The notes below the pieces were generated by a model, which did not search any database, was not told where the DNA came from, and saw only the letters and a list, made by a program, of their open reading frames with translations. From assembly GCA_964415175.1 (NCBI GenBank), contig CAYPYG010000003.1, positions 65,586 through 129,585 on the forward strand: DNA of 64,000 nt. Reading direction: 5' to 3'. Positions 50,095 to 58,638 of the stretch are shown one piece after another. Position 1 is the first letter of the stretch. Each line of letters starts with the position of its first letter. This DNA comes from an uncultured Elusimicrobiaceae bacterium (GTDB taxonomy: Bacteria; Elusimicrobiota; Elusimicrobia; Elusimicrobiales; UBA9959). The position numbers and the translations under genes are program-made.

Positions 50095-51885
50095 ATGGCC
50101 ATGGACGATACGCAACTCAGGGCGCTTTTCGGGCTGATGGACGCGGAGAACCCGCCCGAATACCCGCCCCATTACCCGCCGCCCGCGCTCTGGAAAAAGA
50201 CCTTCTCCGGCGCGGACGCCGCCGCCGCCTGGCGGCGCGCGCTGGCTCGCCGCGGCGACCTGGTCCTCTACGTCCACCTGCCTTTCTGCCGAGAGGTCTG
50301 CGCTTTCTGCGGCTTCTACGCCCGCCCCTGCCCCGGTCCCGGCGCCGTCGACGATTATCTCTCCGCGCTGGAGAGGGAGGCGGCCCTGCTCTCGCCCCTT
50401 TTCGCGGGCCGCCGCTTCAAATGGCTCTGTTTCGGCGGCGGCACGCCGTCGCTGCTCTCCGGCCCGCAGCTGGAGCGCCTCTTCGACGCGGTGAAAGGGA
50501 ACTTCCGGCCCGCGCGGGGGGCCCGCACCGCCTTCGAATCGCACCCGGACAGCCTGGACCCGGCCAAGCTGCGGCTGCTCAAGAAGCTCGGCGTGGACTG
50601 GCTTTCCATCGGCGTGCAGACCTTCGACGACGGGGTGCTGAAAAAGAACGGCCGCCGGCAGGACAATTCCAGGGTGCCGGGCCTGGTGCGCGCCGCCCGG
50701 GCCGCGGGCATAAAGAACGTCCAGCTCGACCTCATCGCCGGCCTGCCCTTCCAGTCCCGGGAGGCTTTCGAGGCCGACGTGGAGAAGGCCGCGCGGCTGG
50801 ACCCCGAGCGCATCTACCTCTTCCCGTTCCAGGCCAAGGAACGCGTGCGGCTGAAGGCGCGGCAGGCGCCCTGGCTGTGGGAGGCCTACCGCCGCGCGGT
50901 GGAGTCGCTCTCCCGGCGGGGCTACGAGCTCAGCTGCGGCCGCTGGCTTTATAAAAGGAGCGGCGGCGACTGGCCTTACAGCTACGACCAGGGCGAGCGC
51001 ATGTCCCGCGATTTCTACTCGGTGCTGGGTCTCGGCGCCGGCGCCATCTCCTACGCCAGGTACGGCGCGCGTTACCAGAACCTGGCGGACCCCGCCGACT
51101 ACGCGCGGGCGCTGTCCGGCGGCCGCCTGCCCGCGGCCAGGGGCTGCCGGCTGGGCGAAAAGGAGGAGGCGCTCAATTTCCTCCTGCTCAATTTCCTCCA
51201 GCGCGGCGCGCTGGACCGGCGGGAATTCCGCTCCGTCTTCGGCCGCGGCCCGCGCGGCGCCTTCGGCCGGGTCCTGGACTCGCTGGCCGCCGACGGTACG
51301 CTGGTCGCCTCCCGGGACGGCTGGCTCCTGGACGACAGGGAGAACGGCCTGTTCCGTCTCAGGAAGGCCTTTTACCCGGCGCGGCCGCTGACCGCCGCCG
51401 CGCGCGGCTGCGGCCGGCGCCTGGTCTCCGCGGCGCGCGCCGCGCGCCGGCCTTCCGCCGCGACGGCAGGGAGCGGCCGCGACGGCGCCCCCGGCACGCT
51501 CGTTTTCGAAGCGGGGCGCGCCCCTTTCGCCGCGCTCGCGCCCGCGCTGCTGCGGGAGATAAAAGCGCGCCGTCCCGTGACGGTCCTTCTCTACTGCGCC
51601 GGGCCCGGGCCGGGCCCCGCGCTGCCGCGCCTGGCGGAGCTGGTCGGCCGCGCGGGGCTGAAGGCGGCCGTCAACCTGCCGCCCTGCCTGCTGCCCGGCC
51701 TGCCGCGGCTGCCACAGGCCGCGCCGGCCGGGAGCGGCGATCCCGGCGTCTTCCGGCCGGAAGGCTGGGTCAAGCCGGCGCGCTGCGCCGACTGCGCGCT
51801 GCAGCTGGAATGCCCGGGCCTGGACGCCGCCTACGCCGCGCGCCACGGCGCGCGGGCGGTGAAGCCGCTGAGGAGGCGCCCGTGA
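50095..51885 (+). CDS. HemN/HemW-family radical SAM protein with ~130-aa Cys-containing C-terminal extension
   Basis: Start at ATG 50095 (MAMDDTQ). LYVHLPFCREVCAFCGFY matches the HemN-type cluster motif. Also GGGTPSLL and SIGVQTFDD. The tail (~51493-51882) has NLPPCLLPG...CADCALQLECPG (Cx2Cx5C), as in 3-791 and 6508-7434. Confidence 0.85.
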   Translation: MAMDDTQLRALFGLMDAENPPEYPPHYPPPALWKKTFSGADAAAAWRRALARRGDLVLYVHLPFCREVCAFCGFYARPCPGPGAVDDYLSALEREAALLSPLFAGRRFKWLCFGGGTPSLLSGPQLERLFDAVKGNFRPARGARTAFESHPDSLDPAKLRLLKKLGVDWLSIGVQTFDDGVLKKNGRRQDNSRVPGLVRAARAAGIKNVQLDLIAGLPFQSREAFEADVEKAARLDPERIYLFPFQAKERVRLKARQAPWLWEAYRRAVESLSRRGYELSCGRWLYKRSGGDWPYSYDQGERMSRDFYSVLGLGAGAISYARYGARYQNLADPADYARALSGGRLPAARGCRLGEKEEALNFLLLNFLQRGALDRREFRSVFGRGPRGAFGRVLDSLAADGTLVASRDGWLLDDRENGLFRLRKAFYPARPLTAAARGCGRRLVSAARAARRPSAATAGSGRDGAPGTLVFEAGRAPFAALAPALLREIKARRPVTVLLYCAGPGPGPALPRLAELVGRAGLKAAVNLPPCLLPGLPRLPQAAPAGSGDPGVFRPEGWVKPARCADCALQLECPGLDAAYAARHGARAVKPLRRRP

Positions 51886-53351
51886 AGAAAAAGGAGACGC
51901 TGCCGATAGGCTCCTTCGACATCTGCCTGTCCAACCGCTGCAACCTGGCGTGCCGGTACTGCTATTTCGATTCCATAAACCGGGGCGCGCCGCGGTTCCT
52001 GGACTTCGCGGCCGTGAAGAAGGCCGTCGACGCCTATGTCTCCCTCGTTTCCGTCAGGGGCATAGACAAGATCAGCGTCGCGGGCGGCGAGCCGTTCCTG
52101 GATTTCCCGCTGCTGCTGAAGATAGCGAAGTACATACGGCGTTCCTGCGGGCCGCGGACGGAGATAGAGGTCTTCACCAACGGCACGCTGGCGACGCCGG
52201 AGAAAGTGCGGCGCCTGCTTCCCTACACCGGCAAGATAGTGGTGAGCCTGGACGGCGGAAAGGGGAGCAACGATCTCAACCGGGTCTTCCTGAAAGGCGG
52301 AGGTTCGGTCTTCGAGGCCGTGATGAACAATCTCCGCGGCCTCACCGCGGCGGAGCGGCTGAAGGTGTGCGCCAGCATGACGGTGACGGCCGCCACCGCC
52401 GGCGGCCTCTGTTCCAATGTGCGGTTCCTGCGCGGGCTGGGCCTGGGCGAGGTGCAGATAAACCTGAACCTGCTCGAGCGGTGGTCCGCCCCGTCGCTGG
52501 AGCGTCTGCGCGCCTCGGTCCGGGAACTGAAGTCCTATTACGGCGCGCTGGCGGCCGCGCGGCTGCGCTCCTTCGAGGGTTTCCGCTTCGGCCTGGAGTA
52601 CATCCTGCTCAAATGGGACGAGACTCTCAGCGAGAGCGGGGTCTTCAAGGAGATCTCCGTCGCGCCGGACGGTCGTTTCTATCCCTGCGGCATAGTCTCC
52701 ACTTACGGCCCGCAGAAAGAGGTTTTCGCCGTCGGTTCGCTGGAAAAGGGGTTCGACCGCCGCCGTCTTCGTTCGCTGCGCGGCAAGGCCGTCCGCGCCA
52801 TGCTGCCCGCGGACCGCGGGATAGGGCTGCTGGAATACATCCCCAACCCGATGCTGCTCTATTTCGAGACCCGGCTCAAAGGCGAGGACCTGCGGGAGGT
52901 CTTCGCCAACGCGCGCCGCGTCTTCAAGGTCTTCTACGACGAGCTTTCCGTCTTCCTGCGGCTGGAGAGGTTCTTCGACATCCTCTCCAGCGACCCGCTG
53001 GTGGGCGACTTCTCCCACGAGCCGCCCTTCAGGTCCGGAAAGGGACTGCGGTCCCTGGCCGTCGCCATGGGCGAGCCCGGCCGACCGGCCGCCAAGGCCT
53101 GCGCCTGCGGCAAGGGCTGGGTCGGTTTCCCGGGCCTGGCGCAGCGGCGGCGCGCGGCCGACCTGCTGCTCTATTCCCCCGGCGGGAACAAGGAGCTGCG
53201 GCTGCGCTCGGAGCGTCCGTCGGAGGAGTTCGAACTGACCGGCTCCGCGGCCGTCTACGCGGCCCTCAAGGCCCGCGCGCTGGGAGGAAAGCTGAAGGTG
53301 AAAGTGGAACTCCCGCCGGGCGGCGTCACTTCTTCTTCTTCACGTACTTGA
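51882..53351 (+). CDS. Radical SAM paralog P16
   Basis: GTG start with GTGA overlap at 51882-51885. SFDICLSNRCNLACRYCYF; AGGEPFLDF; SLDGGKGSNDLNRVF; LVGDFSHEPPF; LLYSPGGNKEL; LKARALGGKLKV. Confidence 0.85.
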   Translation: MKKKETLPIGSFDICLSNRCNLACRYCYFDSINRGAPRFLDFAAVKKAVDAYVSLVSVRGIDKISVAGGEPFLDFPLLLKIAKYIRRSCGPRTEIEVFTNGTLATPEKVRRLLPYTGKIVVSLDGGKGSNDLNRVFLKGGGSVFEAVMNNLRGLTAAERLKVCASMTVTAATAGGLCSNVRFLRGLGLGEVQINLNLLERWSAPSLERLRASVRELKSYYGALAAARLRSFEGFRFGLEYILLKWDETLSESGVFKEISVAPDGRFYPCGIVSTYGPQKEVFAVGSLEKGFDRRRLRSLRGKAVRAMLPADRGIGLLEYIPNPMLLYFETRLKGEDLREVFANARRVFKVFYDELSVFLRLERFFDILSSDPLVGDFSHEPPFRSGKGLRSLAVAMGEPGRPAAKACACGKGWVGFPGLAQRRRAADLLLYSPGGNKELRLRSERPSEEFELTGSAAVYAALKARALGGKLKVKVELPPGGVTSSSSRT

Positions 53352-55395
53352 GCCGGCTTATGCCGGTGCCGGGGAAGTAGAAGTCCAGTATCTCCCTGTA
53401 TTTCTTCCCGTGCCTGCCCGCCATGCCCGCCGCCCCCGACTGGCACAGCCCTATGCCGTGCCCCCAGCCGCCGCCGTAGAGCCAGTAGTTGCGCACTCTG
53501 CCGTCGGGGAACCTGTTGGTCTCCATGAAGAAAAGCGTGCTCTTGAGCGAGCCGAACCCCAGGATATTGCGTATCAGGTGCTCGCGGTCCACGTCCACGG
53601 TCTTCCTGGAGCCGACGAAGCGTATGGAGTTGACGTTGCCGGAGACGGCCCGGCGCAGCGGGACCACTTCTTTCAGCGAGCCGGTGCCGTAACTCCTGTT
53701 CACCCTGAACTCGATGTCCTTGTGCTTGAGTATGCGCAGCCAGCGGTATTCGGAAGGGCGCACGGCTTCCGGGTAATTGCAGCTGGCCGGCGGGTTCCCG
53801 GTCATCCAGAGATGGAAATCCCAGGGCCCGCGCGGCGCCGCGGGCGCTTCCTCTTCGGGCATGTCCGGGCGCCCCTTAAGATAGGCCAGCGGGCTCCAGC
53901 CGGTGACCTCGCCCGAGGACTGGGTGTGGCCGCCGCAGTTGGAGTGGTAGAAGGTCCAGGCGGGCTTGCCCTTGTAGGTCAGTATCTCGGACTCCGTCTC
54001 CAGCACGGCTTTATTGGTGGAGTTCGCCTCGTGGCCCACGCCGCGGTAGACCTGGCAGTGCTGGCTGTCGCAGATGTGGTAGCCGTCGGCTTTGTGCGGT
54101 CCGCCGCGGGAACGCAGCACGGCCTGCGTGCGGGCTATGACGGCCTGCGCCTTGAGCGATTCGTAGGGCCATTGCGGGGAGACCTCGGCCGGCACTACCC
54201 CGAGCAGGTAGAGCTCCATGTCGATGTGATTGCGCACGCCGATGCCGCGGCCGGGCAGGGGGTAGAGTTCCAGCGCGCCGCGGTACTGGCGGTCGGAATA
54301 CCTGAAGTACGGGTTGCCGCAGTTCCTGACGGCCTCTATTATCACGGAGCCGGTCCTCTTGTCGAGCGATTCGAGCATTATGGCCCCCTGGAAACGGCCG
54401 TAGACCGCGCCCTCCGCGTTCTTCAGCACTATCCTGCCGTTCTCGAAAAGGGCGGTCCAGCTCTCGCCCGCCGGGACCGTCGCGTAGAGTTTGCCGCTGG
54501 ACCGGCCCGTTATCGTGAAGCCCTCGAAGGAGCGCAGCCGCAGTATATTGTTGCGGCCCTGTTTGCCGGTATTATCGGTGCCGACGCCCACTTTCAGCCT
54601 CACCGACTTCTCCAGAGCCTGCACGGCGTCGACGTGCTCCACGCGCGTGGGAGAGGTGATGCGGAAAGGCGGCCTGATGTCCTCGGGCTGCTTCGTCAGC
54701 TTCCCTTCGAGGACCTTTATGTTCTCCGCGGCTATCGGGTGCTCCGGCGCGTAGTCCAGGACCCTGTAGTACTGGTTCCAGGCCTCGTCGAACTTCTTCT
54801 GCCGCGCGTAGATGCCGGCCAGCGGCAGCCGGGCCTCCACGAAGGAAGGGTCCTGCCGGAGCACTTCGATGAGCTTTTCCTCGGCCTCGGCGTACATGCG
54901 GAAGTTCACGTAGTTCCAGGCGATGATATAATCCACGCCGGAGAAATCGGGCCGCAGTTCCTTGTAGCGCGACAGCAGGCGCATCGTGCCCGCCCTGTCC
55001 CCCAGATGGGAGCGCACGCTGGCCATGCCGAGCACCGATCTCGAATGGCCCGGCCTCAGCTTCAGCGCCCTTTCGAAGAAATAGACGGCCTTGTCGTAGG
55101 AAGCCTCGTGGAAATATAGCCAGCCAGCCTCGCACAGGATGTCCGGGTCCCCGGGCTTCTCCGCCGCGGCTTTTTCCAGCAGTTCCGCCGCGCGGCGGCC
55201 CCTGCCCAGCTGTTTCAGGACCATCGCGGCGTCCAGCAGCGGCTTCACCGAAGAAGGGTCGGCCTCGAAAGCGTCCTGGTAGGCCCTGGCCGAGTCGGTC
55301 AGGCGGCCGGACAGGTAGAGGTTGTAAGCATCGGCCGAGGCGCCGGCCGGGGCGGCCGTGAAAAGGAGCAACAGGGGGAAAAAATAAATATTCAT
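53326..55395 (-). CDS. Secreted TPR-repeat protein with C-terminal SpoIID/LytB domain
   Basis: Signal peptide MNIYFFPLLLLFTAAPAGASA, then N-terminal TPR helices. SpoIID-type motifs are YLLGVVPAEV, LKAQAVIARTQ, HICDSQHCQVYRG and TFYHSNCGGHTQS. The 3' end overlaps P16 by 26 nt (convergent). Confidence 0.85.
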   Translation of the reverse strand: MNIYFFPLLLLFTAAPAGASADAYNLYLSGRLTDSARAYQDAFEADPSSVKPLLDAAMVLKQLGRGRRAAELLEKAAAEKPGDPDILCEAGWLYFHEASYDKAVYFFERALKLRPGHSRSVLGMASVRSHLGDRAGTMRLLSRYKELRPDFSGVDYIIAWNYVNFRMYAEAEEKLIEVLRQDPSFVEARLPLAGIYARQKKFDEAWNQYYRVLDYAPEHPIAAENIKVLEGKLTKQPEDIRPPFRITSPTRVEHVDAVQALEKSVRLKVGVGTDNTGKQGRNNILRLRSFEGFTITGRSSGKLYATVPAGESWTALFENGRIVLKNAEGAVYGRFQGAIMLESLDKRTGSVIIEAVRNCGNPYFRYSDRQYRGALELYPLPGRGIGVRNHIDMELYLLGVVPAEVSPQWPYESLKAQAVIARTQAVLRSRGGPHKADGYHICDSQHCQVYRGVGHEANSTNKAVLETESEILTYKGKPAWTFYHSNCGGHTQSSGEVTGWSPLAYLKGRPDMPEEEAPAAPRGPWDFHLWMTGNPPASCNYPEAVRPSEYRWLRILKHKDIEFRVNRSYGTGSLKEVVPLRRAVSGNVNSIRFVGSRKTVDVDREHLIRNILGFGSLKSTLFFMETNRFPDGRVRNYWLYGGGWGHGIGLCQSGAAGMAGRHGKKYREILDFYFPGTGISRLKYVKKKK

Positions 55396-55518
55396 CGCCA
55401 GCGCAGCGCCAAATCCTATAATATCTTATGAAATTAGGGGGAACCCTCAAAAAAGCCGGACTTGCGGCGCAATAAAAAATGGACCTGGAACGTTATATAT
55501 GCGAGGAGGCCGGGCGAC

Positions 55519-56112
55519 ATGCTGAGCGACGCTGAACTGGTCCGGTCCTTCAGGGGCGGCGACGAGGCCGCTCTGGGAGAGCTGATAGAGCGGCACAGGA
55601 ACGGGCTTTACGCCTACCTGCGCCGGCTGGCCGGGGACGCGGCGAGGGCGGAGGATATGTTCCAGGACACCTGGGTCAAGGTCGCGCGCAACATAGGCGC
55701 CTACAGGGAGGAAAGCAAATTCTCCGCCTGGCTTTTTTCGGTCGCCCACAACACCGCCATGGACGCGCTCAGGCGACGCCGGCCCGATAACGTATCTCTG
55801 GACGCGGCATCGGCGGGGGACACCATGCGGCATGGCGTCCCGGTTCCGTTCGGCCGCCCGCTGTCCGAGGTCATAGCCTCCGCCGAGCCCGGCCCCGAGG
55901 CTTCTTACGCGGCTTCGGAGTCCCGCCGGACCATAGACGCGGCGCTGGCGGCGCTTTCGCCGGAGCAGAGGGAAGTCTTCCTGCTCAGGCATTATTCGGG
56001 GATGTCGTTCAGGGAGATCGCGGAGGCGCTGGGCGTGCCGATCGGCACCGTTCTCGCGCGGGCTTCCAGGGCGGCGGCGAAACTCAGGGAGAAACTGGCG
56101 GGGGAAATATGA
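55519..56112 (+). CDS. ECF-type RNA polymerase sigma factor (sigma-70 family, group 4)
   Basis: Start at ATG 55519, with GAGGAGG 9 nt upstream. Region 2 is DMFQDTWVKVARNIGAY...FSAWLFSVAHNTAMDALRRR. Region 4 is LSPEQREVFLLRHYSGMSFREIAEALGVPIGTVLARASRA. Confidence 0.85.
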   Translation: MLSDAELVRSFRGGDEAALGELIERHRNGLYAYLRRLAGDAARAEDMFQDTWVKVARNIGAYREESKFSAWLFSVAHNTAMDALRRRRPDNVSLDAASAGDTMRHGVPVPFGRPLSEVIASAEPGPEASYAASESRRTIDAALAALSPEQREVFLLRHYSGMSFREIAEALGVPIGTVLARASRAAAKLREKLAGEI

Positions 56113-56582
56113 GCTGTGATAAAGAAGGAAAGACTTTGCTGCTGTATTACGGCGAACTGCCGCCTGGCGAGGCGGCCGCCGCGCGCGCCCACGCCGACTC
56201 CTGCGCGGATTGCCGCCGCCTGCTGGCCGGTCTGGGGAAGGCCGCAGCCATGCTGGCCGCCTCCGACCCCGCCGCGCCCGCCGGCCTGTCCGCCCTGACG
56301 CTGGAGCGCGCCGTGGCCGGAGGCCAGGGCCTGCTTTCCTGGATTTTCCTCGACTGGCGGCGGGCGGCCGTTTCGGCCGCGGCCGCGGTCATGATGGTCG
56401 CCGTTTTCCGCGGCGCCGCGCCCGAGCCCGTTCCGCAGGCGGTCTCGCTGGCGACGATAGAGGAGGGGCTCGAGGACCTGGAATATTCCATCTACCAGGC
56501 GCGGGTGGACTTCTCCTCGCGCGACACGCAGGATTTCGACTATAAGTACGCGGACATGGAGTCGAGAAAAGAAAGCGTTTAA
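56109..56582 (+). CDS. Anti-sigma factor (zf-HC2-like) with one TM segment
   Basis: ATGA overlap with the sigma gene. Contains HADSCADCRRLL (H-x3-C-x2-C) and a hydrophobic segment AAVSAAAAVMMVAVF. Confidence 0.7.
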   Translation: MSCDKEGKTLLLYYGELPPGEAAAARAHADSCADCRRLLAGLGKAAAMLAASDPAAPAGLSALTLERAVAGGQGLLSWIFLDWRRAAVSAAAAVMMVAVFRGAAPEPVPQAVSLATIEEGLEDLEYSIYQARVDFSSRDTQDFDYKYADMESRKESV

Positions 56583-56598
56583 GATGACCGGAGGGTAT

Positions 56599-57315
56599 AT
56601 GAAAAGGACTGTGGCGGTGTTATTCGGTTCGATGCTGGCTTTCGCGGCGTCGGCGCCTTTCGCGGCGGCCCTGGACGACGGGCCGGACGGGGAGGAGATC
56701 GAGATAGAGGAGGTTTTCGAGGGAGGCCCGGGTATGGGAATGGGCCCCGGCGGCCGGCAGGGCGGCGGTCCCGGCATGATGCAGCGCGGCCCGCAGGAGC
56801 GGCAGATGAACGTCAAGTTCCGCAAGACCATGCGCCAGGGGGAGGGCCGCTTCGGCTGGGAGGAGGAGGGAGGCGAGGACAGGGTGCTGGAGATCGTGAA
56901 GAAGCACGATCCCGCCTTCCACGGCAAGTTGCTCGGACTGCGCGAGTCCGCCCCGGCCAAGTACAAGATGGCGACCCGGATGGCCGGCAAGGCCTTCATG
57001 ATGTCCAGGATGGAACAGGACCCGTCGCTGGAGAAGGACGCGGTGCGCATGATGGCGCTGGAGTACGAGACCCGCGAACTCGGCCTCTCCTATGAGAAGG
57101 CCAAGGACTCCGAGAAGGCGAAGCTAAAGGCCGAGCTGAAGAAAGGCCTCTCCGAACTGTTCGACCTGCGCCTCAAGGGGCAGGAACTGCGCGTGAAGCG
57201 CATGGAGAAGGACCTCGCCAAGCTCAAGGGCCAGCTCGAGAAGCGAAAGGGCTCCAAGGCCAGGCTCGTGGAGAGCCGCCTGGAGCAGATGACCGGCGAA
57301 GCCGAGACCTGGTAA
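56599..57315 (+). CDS. Secreted Gly/Met-rich, coiled-coil protein (hypothetical periplasmic)
   Basis: Start at ATG 56599 (MKRTVAVLFGSMLAFAASAPFAAA signal). GGPGMGMGPGGRQGGGPGMMQRGP is followed by a K/E-rich helical region. It is third in the sigma/anti-sigma operon. Confidence 0.6.
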   Translation: MKRTVAVLFGSMLAFAASAPFAAALDDGPDGEEIEIEEVFEGGPGMGMGPGGRQGGGPGMMQRGPQERQMNVKFRKTMRQGEGRFGWEEEGGEDRVLEIVKKHDPAFHGKLLGLRESAPAKYKMATRMAGKAFMMSRMEQDPSLEKDAVRMMALEYETRELGLSYEKAKDSEKAKLKAELKKGLSELFDLRLKGQELRVKRMEKDLAKLKGQLEKRKGSKARLVESRLEQMTGEAETW

Positions 57316-57335
57316 GCCGCCGTCGCCGGGAAATA

Positions 57336-57369
57336 AAGAACCCCCGCGGGCCCGCCCGCGGGGGTTCTT
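57336..57369. terminator. Bidirectional rho-independent terminator between convergent genes
   Basis: AAGAACCCCCGCGGG (57336-57350) / loop CCCG / CCCGCGGGGGTTCTT (57355-57369) forms a perfect 15-bp stem. It is flanked by A/T runs on both sides (gaaataa ... atttgg). Confidence 0.85.
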
Positions 57370-57385
57370 ATTTGGACCGCGGCCC

Positions 57386-58588
57386 TTACTTCACCAGCTT
57401 GGCCGCGTCGACCATGCCGGCGCCCTGGTGGCCGGGATCGACGGCCGGGAGCAGCGTCGCCGCGCCCTTGAGCGCCGCGCGCACGGCTTCCGCGCCCTTA
57501 TGGCCGGCTTCCACCGCCAGCGCCGCCAGGCCCGCCGCGTGGGGGCTGGCCATCGAGGTGCCGGACATCGTGGTGTAGCCGCCGCCCTTCTTGGTCGAGT
57601 AGACGCTGACGCCGGGGGCTATAACGGAGAGTTCCGGGCCCTTGGACGAGAAGTAGGCCAGCTTGTCGGAGGAGTCCGACGCCGAGACCGCGATGGCCTC
57701 CGGGTACTTGGCGGGGTAGTTGACCGCGCCGGAGTCGTTGCCCGCGGCGCAGACTATCGCTATGCCGGCCTTGTGCGCCTCGGTCATCGCCTCCGCGAGG
57801 GCCGCGGTGCCGCTGCGGCCGCCCAGGCTCATATTGATGACCTGCATCCCGTTCTCGACGGCCCACTGTATGCCGGCGACGATCCAGGAATACTGGCCGG
57901 AGCCGTTCTTATCGAGGACCTTCACGCCGTAGAGACTGGCGCGGGGGGCCACGCCGGCCACGCCGGCGCCGTCGCGCACCGCGGCGACCGTGCCGGACAC
58001 GTGGGTGCCGTGGCCCTGGTCGTCCATCGGGTCGGGGCCCTGGGTCACCGCGTTCCAGCCGCCCTTATAATTGGGGGCCAGCTCGGGGTGGGTATAGTCT
58101 ATGCCGGTGTCTATCACGGCGACCTTGACGCCGTCGCCGGTCACATCGGTCCAGGCTCCGGCGGCGTTGACGCGCTTTATGCCCCAGGGCAGCTCGGCGT
58201 CCTCTTCCTTAGTGAAGGAGACGGAGGGCGCGGCGGCCGGGGTAGCCAGTTCGCCGGCGGAGGTCAGCGCGGACTCCATGGTCGGCAGCGGGCTGGTCCT
58301 CAGCGAGGCTTCGTTGAGCCAGGGCAGGTAGAGGTCGTCCTCCACGTTGGTCACGCCTTTGAGCGACCAGATCTTGAAATCCTTGACGTCCTCGGGGAAG
58401 ACGGCCGCGACCGCGCCGATGAGCCGCAGGTCGCGCTCCACGGTGCCGCCGATGCTGTTTATCTGGACGAACCTCTCCGACGACTTCATGTGCCTGTCGA
58501 ACGTCACTATCTTGCTCCCGCCGGCGAAGGCCGAGGCCGCGAAGGACGCGGTCAGCGCCAGGGACAACATTATTTTGAGCTGCTTCAT
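57386..58588 (-). CDS. Secreted subtilisin-like serine protease (peptidase S8) with N-terminal propeptide
   Basis: Signal MKQLKIMLSLALTASFAASAFA. The catalytic triad contexts are VAVIDTGIDYTHPEL, HGTHVSGTVAA and GTSMASPHAAGLAAL. Confidence 0.9.
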   Translation of the reverse strand: MKQLKIMLSLALTASFAASAFAGGSKIVTFDRHMKSSERFVQINSIGGTVERDLRLIGAVAAVFPEDVKDFKIWSLKGVTNVEDDLYLPWLNEASLRTSPLPTMESALTSAGELATPAAAPSVSFTKEEDAELPWGIKRVNAAGAWTDVTGDGVKVAVIDTGIDYTHPELAPNYKGGWNAVTQGPDPMDDQGHGTHVSGTVAAVRDGAGVAGVAPRASLYGVKVLDKNGSGQYSWIVAGIQWAVENGMQVINMSLGGRSGTAALAEAMTEAHKAGIAIVCAAGNDSGAVNYPAKYPEAIAVSASDSSDKLAYFSSKGPELSVIAPGVSVYSTKKGGGYTTMSGTSMASPHAAGLAALAVEAGHKGAEAVRAALKGAATLLPAVDPGHQGAGMVDAAKLVK

Positions 58589-58638
58589 GAAGAACCTCCG
58601 TTGGGTCAGGCCGGAGCCTACCCTTTGTACCTACAGCA

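Noticed and set aside
14200-53351. Dispersed ~17-25-nt DNA repeats such as accaaccgctgcaacctggcctgc seen in many places
   Set aside because: They coincide exactly with the conserved TNRCNLAC codons of the paralogs. They are a consequence of protein-motif conservation and shared codon bias, not a repeat element or CRISPR-like array.
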